Shown here: in pieces, positions 25,562-36,061 of the stretch
Layout: the number at the start of each line of letters is the position of its first letter
Position numbering within the stretch: the first letter of the stretch is position 1
NCBI GenBank assembly: GCA_030828405.1
Contig: JAURCP010000006.1
Location: 12,015 to 76,014, forward strand
DNA length: 64,000 bases
DNA from: Thermoplasmatota archaeon
GTDB taxonomy: Archaea > Thermoplasmatota > Poseidoniia > Poseidoniales > Thalassarchaeaceae
Direction: 5' to 3'
The notes under the pieces: model-generated
The model's database searches: none
What the model was told of the DNA's origin: nothing
Seen by the model: the letters and a program-made list of their open reading frames with translations, nothing else
Position numbers and translations under genes: made by a program

Positions 25562-28192
25562 TCATAAATTAATTGAATTGATATTTTCGTGAAAACCGGT
25601 CTTCCTTGAAAGTAGTCTTTCACCTATCATTGGGTCACCCTGAAATATAATTTTGGAAGAAAAATTTGGCCATTTCTCTATAGGTTGGGCTAACCAACCT
25701 GAAAGTGAATGAGTTCTTCCAGGTAAGGGTGGAGAACTATTTATTGAAGATTCTATTGCATCTAATAAGTCTAATAGCGGATCCGCAGAACTTGGTAAAG
25801 TATCTCTAACTCTGCGACCTCTAAGTCGACGAACAAGCAGAGGATAAATTTCTGGATTAAATCCAGGATGTGATAAGTTTTCTAATCCAGGGGTATTGGA
25901 CGATTCTCCAATTGGCCTTAGAACTAGAGCAGGCCATGGGAATGAGGAAGAAAATAACCAATCATTTAATTCATCATTACTGAGCATTTTCAATAAAATC
26001 TCGGATGAGATGGGGGCCCACCAATCATAAGGTAATCTTTCTATAATATAATTTAATTCTTCTTTCGGTAGTTCTCTACCATCAATCGAATAATTAACCA
26101 ATGATTCCCAAATCTTCAAATCATGATCTTTTGATAGAGTCTGTGCTTTGAATAAAATTTTTTCAAGTGTCCGAGAGAAATCTGCATTTGAGTTACGTCC
26201 AGAACTAAATAACCAAAAAACGCCTTGAAGAGCAGGTAGAGATTTCTTTGGAGGTGAAGAAATCCACGCCTCCAGTGACCATTTAATTAAATCATTATGA
26301 AGATTATCAGGAATCCATGCGGCATTCGACAAAAACTGTGCAGCAACCCAAGAAGTACCAGATGAAGCTTCTATGAAATCTACAGCTGGACGTGTTCTAA
26401 TTGCAGTTTGGCTGTCTTCTCTGATTTTCTGTCCTAACTTTTTTGCAAAATAATCGAGAATCTCTTCGTTTGCCTGATCGGCGAGTTCTGCAAGTCTATT
26501 CAGAGGAATATGATCAATGTCAAATAAAACCAACCACTCAATTGACAATCTATCTTTCAGCCGCTGCCATCTTGGCCATCTAGTAGCCTTAGGAGAAGCT
26601 ATCCATGCTGCCAACGGGTATCTTGCTTCCATCTGATTTGCCCATTCCTCGTTACCATTTGGGAATTGAGAAATCGCAGAATTGACCATTGAAAGGTACC
26701 CTGGGTCTAATTCTTCTGATTCAAAATTATGAGATTTATTTACACCAATTAACGTCCAAGGATTAATTTCTAAGGAGGAAGGAATATCATCATTTACAAC
26801 AATTCTAGGTAAACTATCAATCAATTTAAGAGAGATAATTTCATCATTAGAAGTTTTCAGCCTTAGCCAAGGAAGTGGCCTTAGAACATCATTATATAGA
26901 AGATTTGAAGATTTTGTTGTAGGACATATTTTTTCCTTAATCAAAATTCTTAATTTAGGATGAATAATTATAGATGATTTGATTGATTGTGAAATGTTTT
27001 CGTTAATTTCTAAAATAAGTGATGGGCGATTTTCATCAGAAATTACCCAACTCATCAATGATTCAACAGCAGAATCACCTAAATTTCTCGTATCTAAATT
27101 TCTTATATTCGACTCATCAGTTGTGAAAGTTTTTGCCCCCCAATCTCTTCTAAATTTTCTCCAAGTAGAATCATCAGTTCTAACCTTCCTAGTAGACATT
27201 ATTCTATCCTTCAAAGATTGTACTCTTCTTTTCAATTCGTTATCAGGAAGTCTAGGATGTGCCTTATGAATCCATATATCTAGAGACGATAGAGGGTAAG
27301 AATCACTACTTATATCTAAACCCGCTAAATTTGCTATCACCAAAGAATTTATTCGAGTAGTTCGAATTAGCATAGTTCTGGAAAGACTATCAGGAAGTAT
27401 AGCCACTATTGGGACTTTAGGCCTTATTTCTTGACTTAGTTTATGACATTCCCCTAGAATCCAATCTCCTCGATGGAAAGTATTCTCGTTAAGAGGTGGG
27501 CTTTGTCTTGACTTAGGCAAATCATACCAAGTTCCAAAAGTCATTGCTAATTGACTCATCTCATTAATCAAATTGGCTCTAATAATCCCTATAACAGAAG
27601 ATTGACTAGAATATGTGTCAATTATACCAGGATCAATAGAAAAAGGAGGTGCGTGAGTGACTTTCATACTTTGTAAATCAAACCACCTAGGGTCTTTTTC
27701 TTTGAAAACAGCCCAATTCCAACGAACCCCTTCATTTCCTATGGAATCATCGATATTATCTTCTGAATCAGGGGGCCTGTCAGGAATGAGAATCATTGGA
27801 GACTTAGGTATTGAAGATAATCCCATTAGAATATTACTACCATCTTTATCTAATACACAAAATTTACCTGGTAAAGAAGGGAGTGGGAGAGCTTCTAAAG
27901 CTCTAGATCTCTCATCCGATCTAATTCTATTCCAACCTAATTCAGTTAGATGTAAGTATGCTCCTCGACTCCCCGCAACAAGATCACTAGAGACCAGCCC
28001 ACCATTTCTTAGCTTTCTTAACTCCGCAGAAGCATGAGGAATCTGGAGCCCTATATCTCTGGCTAGCGTTGTAACAGTCGCACCACCTTCAGATAGTCTA
28101 TTGAGCAATCTACGACGATATCTACTGCGGATTTTTGTAGGTGTAGAAATAAAACTGGGAATTGCCTCCAATTTTGAACCTTCTGACACCAT
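25562..28192 (-). CDS. Large (876 aa) protein with N-terminal winged-helix DNA-binding domain; function unknown
   Basis: N-terminal RRLLNRLSEGGATVTTLARDIGLQIPHASAELRKLRNGGLV is wHTH-like. The remainder is unrecognised. Confidence 0.5.
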   Translation of the reverse strand: MVSEGSKLEAIPSFISTPTKIRSRYRRRLLNRLSEGGATVTTLARDIGLQIPHASAELRKLRNGGLVSSDLVAGSRGAYLHLTELGWNRIRSDERSRALEALPLPSLPGKFCVLDKDGSNILMGLSSIPKSPMILIPDRPPDSEDNIDDSIGNEGVRWNWAVFKEKDPRWFDLQSMKVTHAPPFSIDPGIIDTYSSQSSVIGIIRANLINEMSQLAMTFGTWYDLPKSRQSPPLNENTFHRGDWILGECHKLSQEIRPKVPIVAILPDSLSRTMLIRTTRINSLVIANLAGLDISSDSYPLSSLDIWIHKAHPRLPDNELKRRVQSLKDRIMSTRKVRTDDSTWRKFRRDWGAKTFTTDESNIRNLDTRNLGDSAVESLMSWVISDENRPSLILEINENISQSIKSSIIIHPKLRILIKEKICPTTKSSNLLYNDVLRPLPWLRLKTSNDEIISLKLIDSLPRIVVNDDIPSSLEINPWTLIGVNKSHNFESEELDPGYLSMVNSAISQFPNGNEEWANQMEARYPLAAWIASPKATRWPRWQRLKDRLSIEWLVLFDIDHIPLNRLAELADQANEEILDYFAKKLGQKIREDSQTAIRTRPAVDFIEASSGTSWVAAQFLSNAAWIPDNLHNDLIKWSLEAWISSPPKKSLPALQGVFWLFSSGRNSNADFSRTLEKILFKAQTLSKDHDLKIWESLVNYSIDGRELPKEELNYIIERLPYDWWAPISSEILLKMLSNDELNDWLFSSSFPWPALVLRPIGESSNTPGLENLSHPGFNPEIYPLLVRRLRGRRVRDTLPSSADPLLDLLDAIESSINSSPPLPGRTHSLSGWLAQPIEKWPNFSSKIIFQGDPMIGERLLSRKTGFHENINSINL

Positions 28193-28436
28193 TGACCGCC
28201 TCCGTAATCAACCACTTACAAAGTATGTATTAAATTATCTATTATAGTTACATTTTGTTACATATTTCTACTGGAAAAATAACTAGTTCCATTTTAACAC
28301 TGAATAATAACTTAGAAAAAGTCATGATTAGTACAACAATATGTAACTAAATTGAACAATAAGTTGCAGAAGCGTTATATTGCCCCCCGCCGCCCTACCT
28401 ATATCGAACCGGCAGTCGAAGCCGATAGATTGAGAG

Positions 28437-28721
28437 ATGAGATTGATGAATGCGGAAAAAATTCGTGATTTAGTTAAAAAGCACCTTTCAGAGAAACCTA
28501 GGAATACGGTTGAAATTAAAGATTGGCTATCTAATAGTATCCTACTAGAAGACAATTATGATATTGCGGCTATCTTAGAATCAGATCCAACGATAATTAG
28601 AATTGGGAGGATTATGAAAAGCGGAGTTATTGGGAAAGAGTACCCTTTATCGGAATGGGCTACCGATGAATGGGTATTACATCATGAAAGAAAACAGTCT
28701 AGAAGTAACGGAGATAAGTAA
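28437..28721 (+). CDS. Small winged-helix-like protein (94 aa), paralog of next gene
   Basis: Both have a wHTH-like core around ...EI(K/L)..........IRIGRIM/IMKIATTK. Confidence 0.4.
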   Translation: MRLMNAEKIRDLVKKHLSEKPRNTVEIKDWLSNSILLEDNYDIAAILESDPTIIRIGRIMKSGVIGKEYPLSEWATDEWVLHHERKQSRSNGDK

Positions 28722-28723
28722 AT

Positions 28724-28978
28724 ATGAGAACTACTAGATTAAGACAGAAAATTAAAAAATTCCTTGATACAAAGGGCGAGGCGAACACTACTGAAATATT
28801 AGAACATGTTAACTCAACCATGAGACATGGCACAACACCTCAACAGTTAGGTAACGTATTATCCAAAGATAAAGATATTATGAAAATTGCAACTACAAAG
28901 CGTGGTGGAGCTCTTTCTGGACGTTATGAAATATGTGTATGGCAATTACGCCCTGGTGCGCAAGAAAGACATGAATAA
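28724..28978 (+). CDS. Small winged-helix-like protein (84 aa), paralog of previous gene
   Basis: Tandem arrangement with a 2-nt gap. Confidence 0.4.
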   Translation: MRTTRLRQKIKKFLDTKGEANTTEILEHVNSTMRHGTTPQQLGNVLSKDKDIMKIATTKRGGALSGRYEICVWQLRPGAQERHE

Positions 28979-28989
28979 ATAGAAAATTA

Positions 28990-30003
28990 CTATTTATTTT
29001 CTAGTTCTGAATTCCAATCTCCGGTTCTAGCTAGACTATTCATTTTTGAACGGTGTAAAAAGACTGATTGGCTGCCTTCATTATCTCCAGTTGCCCACGT
29101 TTTCAATGCATTAGCCAGTAATGCTCTACCAAATGAATACGATAGTTGCCAAGGATGATTAATAGTCATAGAATTCATCAAATTTAAATGTGCTGTCGCA
29201 TCTTCATCAGATTGACCACCAGACAGGAATACAATACCAGGAAGATCATTCGGGACATGTTCGGTTAAACAATCTACAGTCATCTGAGCAACTTTTTCAC
29301 GAGAAATTTGTTCAGGACAAGAATTTCCAGCAATTATCATATTTGGCTTGAGTAAAGCACCAGGAATATGTACACCCTGGATTTGGCACTGTTCAAAAGT
29401 AGCCTGTAAAATAGATGAAGTAACTTCATAGCAAGTCTCAGCATCATGAATTCCTGCCATTAACACCTCTGGTTCAATAATTGGGACCAAACCTTGTTCT
29501 TGACAAATTGATGCGTATCTGGCCAATGCATGAGCATTGGTTGAAATACATGCGTCGGAAGGTTTTTCGTCACCTATTTCGATAACTGCACGCCACTTAG
29601 CAAATCTAGCACCCATTGAAAAATACTCTTCACACCTTTCTCTTAATCCATCAAGTCCTTCGGTGATTTTTTCACCTTCATGGTTGGCTAAATTTTTTGC
29701 TCCGATGTCTACCTTAATTCCTGGATATACACCTAAGGAAGTTAAAGCATCTGGAATAGGCCTACCATCCGGCATCTTTTGCCTTATTGTTTCATCAAAT
29801 AATATCACTCCACTAATGAATTTCTCATATCCATTAGCCGAGAAAAGGTTGGCCCTGTAAGCATTTCTTGTTTCAGGAGATGCTGAAACACCTACTGCTT
29901 CGAGTCGATTTGACATAGTCCCGTTACTTTCATCCGCAGCGAGAATTCCTTTACCTGCTGCGACTAGTTCGCTTGCTGTTTTTTCAAGTAGTTGAGTATC
30001 CAT
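28990..30003 (-). CDS. fba: Fructose-bisphosphate aldolase, class I
   Basis: GKGILAADESNGTMSNRL N-terminal signature of class I FBP aldolase. Confidence 0.8.
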   Translation of the reverse strand: MDTQLLEKTASELVAAGKGILAADESNGTMSNRLEAVGVSASPETRNAYRANLFSANGYEKFISGVILFDETIRQKMPDGRPIPDALTSLGVYPGIKVDIGAKNLANHEGEKITEGLDGLRERCEEYFSMGARFAKWRAVIEIGDEKPSDACISTNAHALARYASICQEQGLVPIIEPEVLMAGIHDAETCYEVTSSILQATFEQCQIQGVHIPGALLKPNMIIAGNSCPEQISREKVAQMTVDCLTEHVPNDLPGIVFLSGGQSDEDATAHLNLMNSMTINHPWQLSYSFGRALLANALKTWATGDNEGSQSVFLHRSKMNSLARTGDWNSELENK

Positions 30004-30066
30004 ATACTAACCTCATGCTAACGTGAAGGCTATAGGAAATGAAGGCATCGCTTTGACAGTCCGGAA

Positions 30067-31017
30067 TCAACTATCATGAGAACCACGAACAAATTTATGA
30101 ATACCACTTGATACATCAATCACTTCAGATTCAACCAAATATTTACCATTTTCAAAAGTGACTCCTTGTGTACGCCCTGAACAAACTCCGGTCCCAATAA
30201 ACAATGCATCATCAGATGAACATAAATCATCACGCTCCCACAACCTCTCAATATCACCATCAATCATTTCCTCTGCTCTAGATCTGTGCCCTTCATTTTT
30301 GAAGATTAAACGACCTTGGAAAGGTGCATTTAACCCCCTCATAGCTGCTGCAGTAATTACTCCTTCGGGAGCTGCTCCAATACCCATCAATAAATCAATT
30401 TCAGATTTTGGATCTGCTGCATTCAAAGCCGCCGCGATATCTCCATCTCCTATCAAAACTACATTTACCGATAAATCATTTAATTCTTTAATTAATTTTT
30501 TATGCCGAGGACGATCCATAACTACAACATTTAGTGATTCAATGGATTTGTCCAAAGCATTTGAAGTCGCCTCAATATTATATGAAGTTGAGGCATCCAG
30601 AGATATTTCTCCCATCAACTCTGCAGAGCCTGAAATTTTATTCATATAACAGTCAGGTGCATGTAACAGAGTACCTCGTGGTGCGGCGGCAAGGACGGCC
30701 ATTGCATTTGGCAAATTATAGGCTACATGATTAGTGCATTCTAGAGGATCTACTGCAATATCAATTGCGGGAGAATTTATATCTCCTTGTAATGAACCCA
30801 AAGGTTCGCCAATCCATAACATTGGAGCATCATCTCTTTCTCCCTCTCCGATAGCAACACGTCCATCGAATGGGACGGTATCAAAAACTGCCCTCATTGC
30901 TTCAACTGCGGCACCATCGGCTGCTTTACCATCACCTTTACCAATCCATTTTGACGCAGCAATTGCTGCAGATTCTGTGGCCTGAAGGAAATATTTCTCC
31001 AAATCAACGGTTGCCAT
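30067..31017 (-). CDS. glpX: Fructose-1,6-bisphosphatase class II (GlpX type)
   Basis: AAVEAMR...VAIGEGERDDAPML...DIAVDPLECT GlpX pattern. Confidence 0.75.
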   Translation of the reverse strand: MATVDLEKYFLQATESAAIAASKWIGKGDGKAADGAAVEAMRAVFDTVPFDGRVAIGEGERDDAPMLWIGEPLGSLQGDINSPAIDIAVDPLECTNHVAYNLPNAMAVLAAAPRGTLLHAPDCYMNKISGSAELMGEISLDASTSYNIEATSNALDKSIESLNVVVMDRPRHKKLIKELNDLSVNVVLIGDGDIAAALNAADPKSEIDLLMGIGAAPEGVITAAAMRGLNAPFQGRLIFKNEGHRSRAEEMIDGDIERLWERDDLCSSDDALFIGTGVCSGRTQGVTFENGKYLVESEVIDVSSGIHKFVRGSHDS

Positions 31018-31042
31018 ATTACTTCGGAGTGGTAATCAGCAT

Positions 31043-31513
31043 TCAATTATGTTGGTCTCCTTTGCTCTTTTTCAGAACATGAACATTATTGATTCTAGAC
31101 TCAGGATATTGCCCCTCCGAATCTTTTTCAACTGACTTCAGCATATCCCATGCACACAATAACCCAGCGTTAACTCCACACAATGCTTCCATCTCTACTC
31201 CTGTTCTCCAATGTGTTCTAACAGTAACAGTACATCTAAGATTACAACCTTCAATTTGCCATTCAACAGAGCACCCCTCAATTGGTATCGTGTGGCAATG
31301 AGGGAGAATTCTAGGAGTTTCTTTAACAGCTTGTATTGAAGCAATAGTTGAAATTTCTCGAACATCACCTTTCTTCGAACGCCCCTTGACTGCGTCAATA
31401 CCAGATGATGATAGTTGCAAAACTCCTGTCGCTATTGCTTCGCGAAAGACTACTTCTTTCTCCCCTATATCTGCAATAGCAGACCATGAATTTTTTAATT
31501 CATCAACACTCAT
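31043..31513 (-). CDS. moaC: Cyclic pyranopterin monophosphate synthase accessory protein MoaC
   Basis: KGDVREISTIASIQAVK...GVEMEAL conserved MoaC blocks. Confidence 0.8.
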   Translation of the reverse strand: MSVDELKNSWSAIADIGEKEVVFREAIATGVLQLSSSGIDAVKGRSKKGDVREISTIASIQAVKETPRILPHCHTIPIEGCSVEWQIEGCNLRCTVTVRTHWRTGVEMEALCGVNAGLLCAWDMLKSVEKDSEGQYPESRINNVHVLKKSKGDQHN

Positions 31514-31573
31514 GGAATCTCGGAGATGGTACTCATTATTCAGATAAACGGAAGTTAAATCTTGATTCGATAT

Positions 31574-32002
31574 TTATCCAAGACCTTGTTTCCAAATTTC
31601 TCCATCCGATCTAACTTCTTTTTTCCATAATGGCGCTTGTAGTTTAAGCTCATCAATTAACCATGAACAGGCTTTGAATCCCTCCGCCCGATGTTTCGAA
31701 CCAACATGAATACAGACTATCGGTTCTGAAGGCTCTACAATTCCAGTCCTATGCGCAATTAGAACTGATTTGACATCAAACTTTTCGATAGAAATTCTCG
31801 CAATATCTGTAAGAACTTCATGTAATTTATTTTCCCAAGCATCAAATTCCAGTCTTTTTACCTTGATTGCGTTGTCTTCACCTCTCGTTAAACCAACAAA
31901 AGAAACCACGCTTCCGCATCCATCAACATCTATTACAGAACGAAGTTTTTCTGGATCGAGATTTTCTTTTTCTACAAGGATAATAATCTTGTCTTTTTCC
32001 AT
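31574..32002 (-). CDS. moaE: Molybdopterin synthase catalytic subunit MoaE (start trimmed to MEKDKIIIL)
   Basis: ...HRTGIVEPSEPIVCIHVGSKHRAEGFKACSWLIDELKLQAPLWKKE matches the MoaE C-terminal signature. Confidence 0.7.
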   Translation of the reverse strand: MEKDKIIILVEKENLDPEKLRSVIDVDGCGSVVSFVGLTRGEDNAIKVKRLEFDAWENKLHEVLTDIARISIEKFDVKSVLIAHRTGIVEPSEPIVCIHVGSKHRAEGFKACSWLIDELKLQAPLWKKEVRSDGEIWKQGLG

Positions 32003-32104
32003 CTCAGTAACCCGCTTATGGACTGTTCGAAGACAAATTATCGGATGAACTCTTTGATTGTAAATGACCAAACCATTCAAACTACATACCTCATACGCAA
32101 ATAC

Positions 32105-33328
32105 ATGAAAGAGAGGATTGATATCCTTGGAGCGGGGCTATCGGGACTTGCTGCAGCGACAATCCTTGCCAAAGCTGGCAAAGAAGTTCATGTTCATGAG
32201 ATACGTAAAGACAGTGGAGCGAGATTTGATGGAGATTTCCAAGGAATAGAGAATTGGACAAGCGAAAATGATTTTTTTGATGAAATGAGGAACTGGGGGT
32301 TAGAACCAGAAGAATTTAAGTCAAATGCATTTGAAATCATTGATTTGATTCATCCAGATGATGTAATCACAAATCCAAAATCAAACGGTACTGCTTTCAG
32401 AGTTGTAGAGAGGGGGACTGACGAACATTGTATAGATCAGGGATTCAAAAGAATGGCAATATCAGCCGGTGCTAATATACACTATGAAGCTAGGGTCAAT
32501 CCAGACGACTGCGATATCATTGCAGCGGGTCCAAAAGATTCTAGCGCGATTGCTTTTGGGGAAATTTTCCATACCGATCACCCCAACCATGTGGCATTTC
32601 AATTGAATGATAAATTAGCTCCTGGCGCATATTCATACCTAATTATAATTGATGGAGTGGGGCTAATTTGTACTTGTTTATGGAGGAAACAAAAGAAATC
32701 AGGCAGGTATCTTAATGAAACCATCGCTTGGTATGAATCTCACTATAAATTGAATAGAATTCCTATCAAGAGAGTCGGTGGTAAGGGAGACTTTAGTTTG
32801 CCGAAAAAATATATTCATGAAAATAAAATTTATGTTGGAGAAGCTGGAGGTTTACAGGATTTTATGTGGGGTTTTGGGATGAGATACGCAATCACAAGCG
32901 GAGTCTTAGCGGCACAATCAATTCTCAAAGAGTGCGATTATGAGGTCGAAGTAAAAAAGAAACTTGTTCCTCTGATTAAAACAAGTGCGATTAATAGATT
33001 TTTAATGAATAGAGTAGGCGATAAAGGGTTTAAATTTGTAGCAAAATACTGGATGAGAGACCAAGAAAAGAAAGGAGAAGGGTTGAGTTTTATGAAATGG
33101 GTGTACCAACCAGGTATTTTTAGAAAATCTCTCTGGCCGCTTGTCAAACTATCAATGCTGAGAAAAAAGAAATTACAAGACGGACGTCTAGTTCATAGGA
33201 TGCCATTTAGAGGGCCTTTGAAGAGAGATATATGGGAACCCAGTGTCAAAGCTAACGAGATAGGTGAACAATGGAATATAGTTAGGAAAAGTGGAGCAAA
33301 ACTATCGTTCAGCGACTCTGATAGTTAA
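32105..33328 (+). CDS. FAD-dependent geranylgeranyl reductase family oxidoreductase (start at MKERIDILGAGLSG)
   Basis: GAGLSGLAAA dinucleotide-binding motif and GGR-family length. Confidence 0.6.
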   Translation: MKERIDILGAGLSGLAAATILAKAGKEVHVHEIRKDSGARFDGDFQGIENWTSENDFFDEMRNWGLEPEEFKSNAFEIIDLIHPDDVITNPKSNGTAFRVVERGTDEHCIDQGFKRMAISAGANIHYEARVNPDDCDIIAAGPKDSSAIAFGEIFHTDHPNHVAFQLNDKLAPGAYSYLIIIDGVGLICTCLWRKQKKSGRYLNETIAWYESHYKLNRIPIKRVGGKGDFSLPKKYIHENKIYVGEAGGLQDFMWGFGMRYAITSGVLAAQSILKECDYEVEVKKKLVPLIKTSAINRFLMNRVGDKGFKFVAKYWMRDQEKKGEGLSFMKWVYQPGIFRKSLWPLVKLSMLRKKKLQDGRLVHRMPFRGPLKRDIWEPSVKANEIGEQWNIVRKSGAKLSFSDSDS

Positions 33329-33386
33329 TATTAGAGCATTACTATGATTCCGTTTCTTTCATTAACAGATTGTCTCTGCGACGGAC

Positions 33387-34247
33387 ATGACTTCATGGCC
33401 TGACCTTGAGCCTATGCCGAACAAACTAGTGAATTATGGCGTTACTGATAACGGCATAGCCATTATAGAACTAATATCAGATACAGATGGAAAACCACTT
33501 GAAGAAGGTAGAACATCTGTCAATACTTATACTCGAGAAATGTGGGAAGATATAGATCAGGCAATTCTTAATGCTAGATTTGATGGAAATGTTTCCGTAA
33601 TATTACTAACCGGACACGGTGAGAAGTTCTTCTCGGCGGGAGCAAGTATAAATTATCTCAATACATTATCTCCAAGATACAAATACTTCTTTTGTTTACA
33701 TGCTAATGAGACTCTGTCTCGACTTGAACAAACTCCAAAATTAGTAATTGCTGCACTCAATGGTCATACAGTTGGTGGTGGGCTCGAGATCGCAATGGCA
33801 GCGGATATCCGAATTGCACACAAAGGTAATTTCCAGATTGGTCTACCAGAAGTATCTCTTGGTGTTCTAGCAGGAACTGGTGGTACCGCAAGATTATCAC
33901 GTCTAGTTGGAAAAGCAAGGGCAATGGAAATAATGGTTACTGGAAGAAAATTTTCATTCGAAGAAGCTAGAGATATGAGTTTAGTTCACGATATATATGA
34001 CAGTATCAGTTTAGAAGAATTTAGAATGGATGTAATAGATTATGCAGGACAATTTACCTTGCCATTGGCTGCGGCTAAAGCAATTGGAAATATCAAACGC
34101 AGTGTTCAAAGTGGAATTGAAATACCTCTTGAATATCATCTGGCACTGGAAAGAGAATTACAATCTGATTTATTCCAATCTGAAGACGCTAAGGAAGGGA
34201 TTGCATCATATGTCGAGCGAAGAACACCTAGATTTACAGGGAAATAA
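33387..34247 (+). CDS. Enoyl-CoA hydratase/isomerase (crotonase) family
   Basis: LNGHTVGGGLEIAMAADIRIA oxyanion-hole motif. Confidence 0.8.
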   Translation: MTSWPDLEPMPNKLVNYGVTDNGIAIIELISDTDGKPLEEGRTSVNTYTREMWEDIDQAILNARFDGNVSVILLTGHGEKFFSAGASINYLNTLSPRYKYFFCLHANETLSRLEQTPKLVIAALNGHTVGGGLEIAMAADIRIAHKGNFQIGLPEVSLGVLAGTGGTARLSRLVGKARAMEIMVTGRKFSFEEARDMSLVHDIYDSISLEEFRMDVIDYAGQFTLPLAAAKAIGNIKRSVQSGIEIPLEYHLALERELQSDLFQSEDAKEGIASYVERRTPRFTGK

Positions 34248-34301
34248 AATACTGTGCTAAATGTACATTTATTCATATACTAACATCTCTCCGGCAATTA
34301 T

Positions 34302-35444
34302 ATGTCAGGTAGTGAAATAGTAGAAGGATATACCCCCAACTTTGAGGCTTGGATTAGAGACTTCAATGAGTGGCAAACAAGAATAGGATTTGACCCATCT
34401 TGGTTAGGAGATTACAGATTTGATATTAAATTCGACTGGGATACTGCTGGGAACTCTATTGAGTTTGGAGATTTCAAAGGTATGCCAAAGTGGGAACGAA
34501 GGATGCAAATACCACAACAGAACATCAGAGATGCAATAATTAGTATGGTAAGTGTTCAAGGAGATACAGAGTTTGCAAGCGTAGAACAGCAAAATCATCT
34601 TCTAGCCACAGCACCTACTGAATATGACAAAAAATCTGCTCTCAGAATTATGTGTGAAGAGCAAAGACATGGATGGCAAATGGCTTACTTATTGTGTACT
34701 TACTTTGGAGAACAAGGTGTAAGGGAAGCTGCAAAACTATTGGAAAGAAACGCTCAGGATGGAACTAGAATTCTCGGTTCATTCAATGCACCTATAGATC
34801 ATTGGCTTGATTTTTTCTGTTTCACTCACTTCATAGATAGAGATGGGAAATACCAGTTGAAAATGCTTAGCACATCTTCATTCAAACCACTTGCAGCGTC
34901 TATGGGACCCATGCTAAAAGAAGAATCATTTCACCTAGGAACAGGTGCAAATGGACTCAGAAGGATTGTTAAACAAGGAGTCATCCCTTGTGAACTATTA
35001 CAAAAATATCTGAATAAGTGGATTAGTACAGGTCTAGATTTGTTTGGAACTGATGATTCCACTAGTGCACAGTGGGCCTATGTCTATGGTGTAAAAGGAA
35101 GATATGACGAAAGAGAAAGTGATATCGAAGCAGATAGAGAACACTTAAATGAAGCGAGTAGGGAATTATATTTCCAAGAGCTTCGTGAAGAAATGAGAAG
35201 AATCAGTGCTGCAAGGAAGGAAGGCGAGCCGGAACTTTTCATTCCTTCTGACAGATTTAATCGAGGTATTGGGAACTATGCTGGGAAGAACTACACAATT
35301 AGAGGGGAAAAATTTGAGGGTACTGATGAAGAATATGAAGCATATTTAATCAGTGTTTTACCTACCGAAGAAGATGAATACAAACTAATGAATGATTATA
35401 TGAAACAAGATTGGATTCAGTACCGCGAATGGAAAGGTAATTGA
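34302..35444 (+). CDS. Ferritin-like di-iron protein, PaaA/BoxB-like acyl-CoA oxygenase component (tentative)
   Basis: CEEQRHGWQMAYLL ExxH motif and a second helix with FHLGTG. Carboxylate-bridged di-iron architecture is inferred. Confidence 0.4.
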   Translation: MSGSEIVEGYTPNFEAWIRDFNEWQTRIGFDPSWLGDYRFDIKFDWDTAGNSIEFGDFKGMPKWERRMQIPQQNIRDAIISMVSVQGDTEFASVEQQNHLLATAPTEYDKKSALRIMCEEQRHGWQMAYLLCTYFGEQGVREAAKLLERNAQDGTRILGSFNAPIDHWLDFFCFTHFIDRDGKYQLKMLSTSSFKPLAASMGPMLKEESFHLGTGANGLRRIVKQGVIPCELLQKYLNKWISTGLDLFGTDDSTSAQWAYVYGVKGRYDERESDIEADREHLNEASRELYFQELREEMRRISAARKEGEPELFIPSDRFNRGIGNYAGKNYTIRGEKFEGTDEEYEAYLISVLPTEEDEYKLMNDYMKQDWIQYREWKGN

Positions 35445-35447
35445 TTT

Positions 35448-36026
35448 TTGGTTGGTGAATATATGCAACATTTAGCGTTATTAGCCTTCGATAAAGAAAA
35501 GTGCAAACCCTTCTTTGATAGATTAACTGAATTATTCTATGAACATCATCATTCAGAAATGCAAGATCCTGAAGAATATGAAAAATTACTTTACATGGTT
35601 AAGAAACCATATGACAATAATATGTTAGATATGATTGACAAATGGATGGGATTAGAAAAAAGAGAATGGAGAGAAGAAACAACTAGAGAAGTGAAATTGG
35701 CATTGTATGCGATTAGATATCCAGATACACTTCTACTAGATAGTTTCACAGAGAATCCAAGATCAGATATCAAAAGACTTTCCGCATATTTACATTTCAC
35801 TCATCATACATACGCAATTTGGGATGAAGATACAAGAAAAGGATTAGAGAAAATTGGAATTTACATACCTGAAACAAAGGTTGCTGACCCTTTCATCTAT
35901 GGAGCATATGTAAGTGCTATTGAATTATTGAAAGATGTCGCTCCATTTACATGCTTCCTTGAACATGATGTCCCGAGGCAGAGATTATTCCAGTCTGCTC
36001 TTGCAGCATATGGAAGAGAAGAATGA
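35448..36026 (+). CDS. Hypothetical protein (192 aa) following the di-iron protein
   Basis: Tight spacing with the upstream gene. No motif recognised. Confidence 0.4.
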   Translation: MVGEYMQHLALLAFDKEKCKPFFDRLTELFYEHHHSEMQDPEEYEKLLYMVKKPYDNNMLDMIDKWMGLEKREWREETTREVKLALYAIRYPDTLLLDSFTENPRSDIKRLSAYLHFTHHTYAIWDEDTRKGLEKIGIYIPETKVADPFIYGAYVSAIELLKDVAPFTCFLEHDVPRQRLFQSALAAYGREE

Positions 36027-36061
36027 GCAATGCCTATTGGCTATGACCATTACGTCTGTGT

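Noticed and set aside
32018-32104. Long N-terminal extension of the geranylgeranyl reductase ORF overlapping moaE
   Set aside because: The FAD-binding GAGLSG motif begins right after the internal ATG at 32105. The upstream extension overlaps the convergent moaE and is likely not translated.
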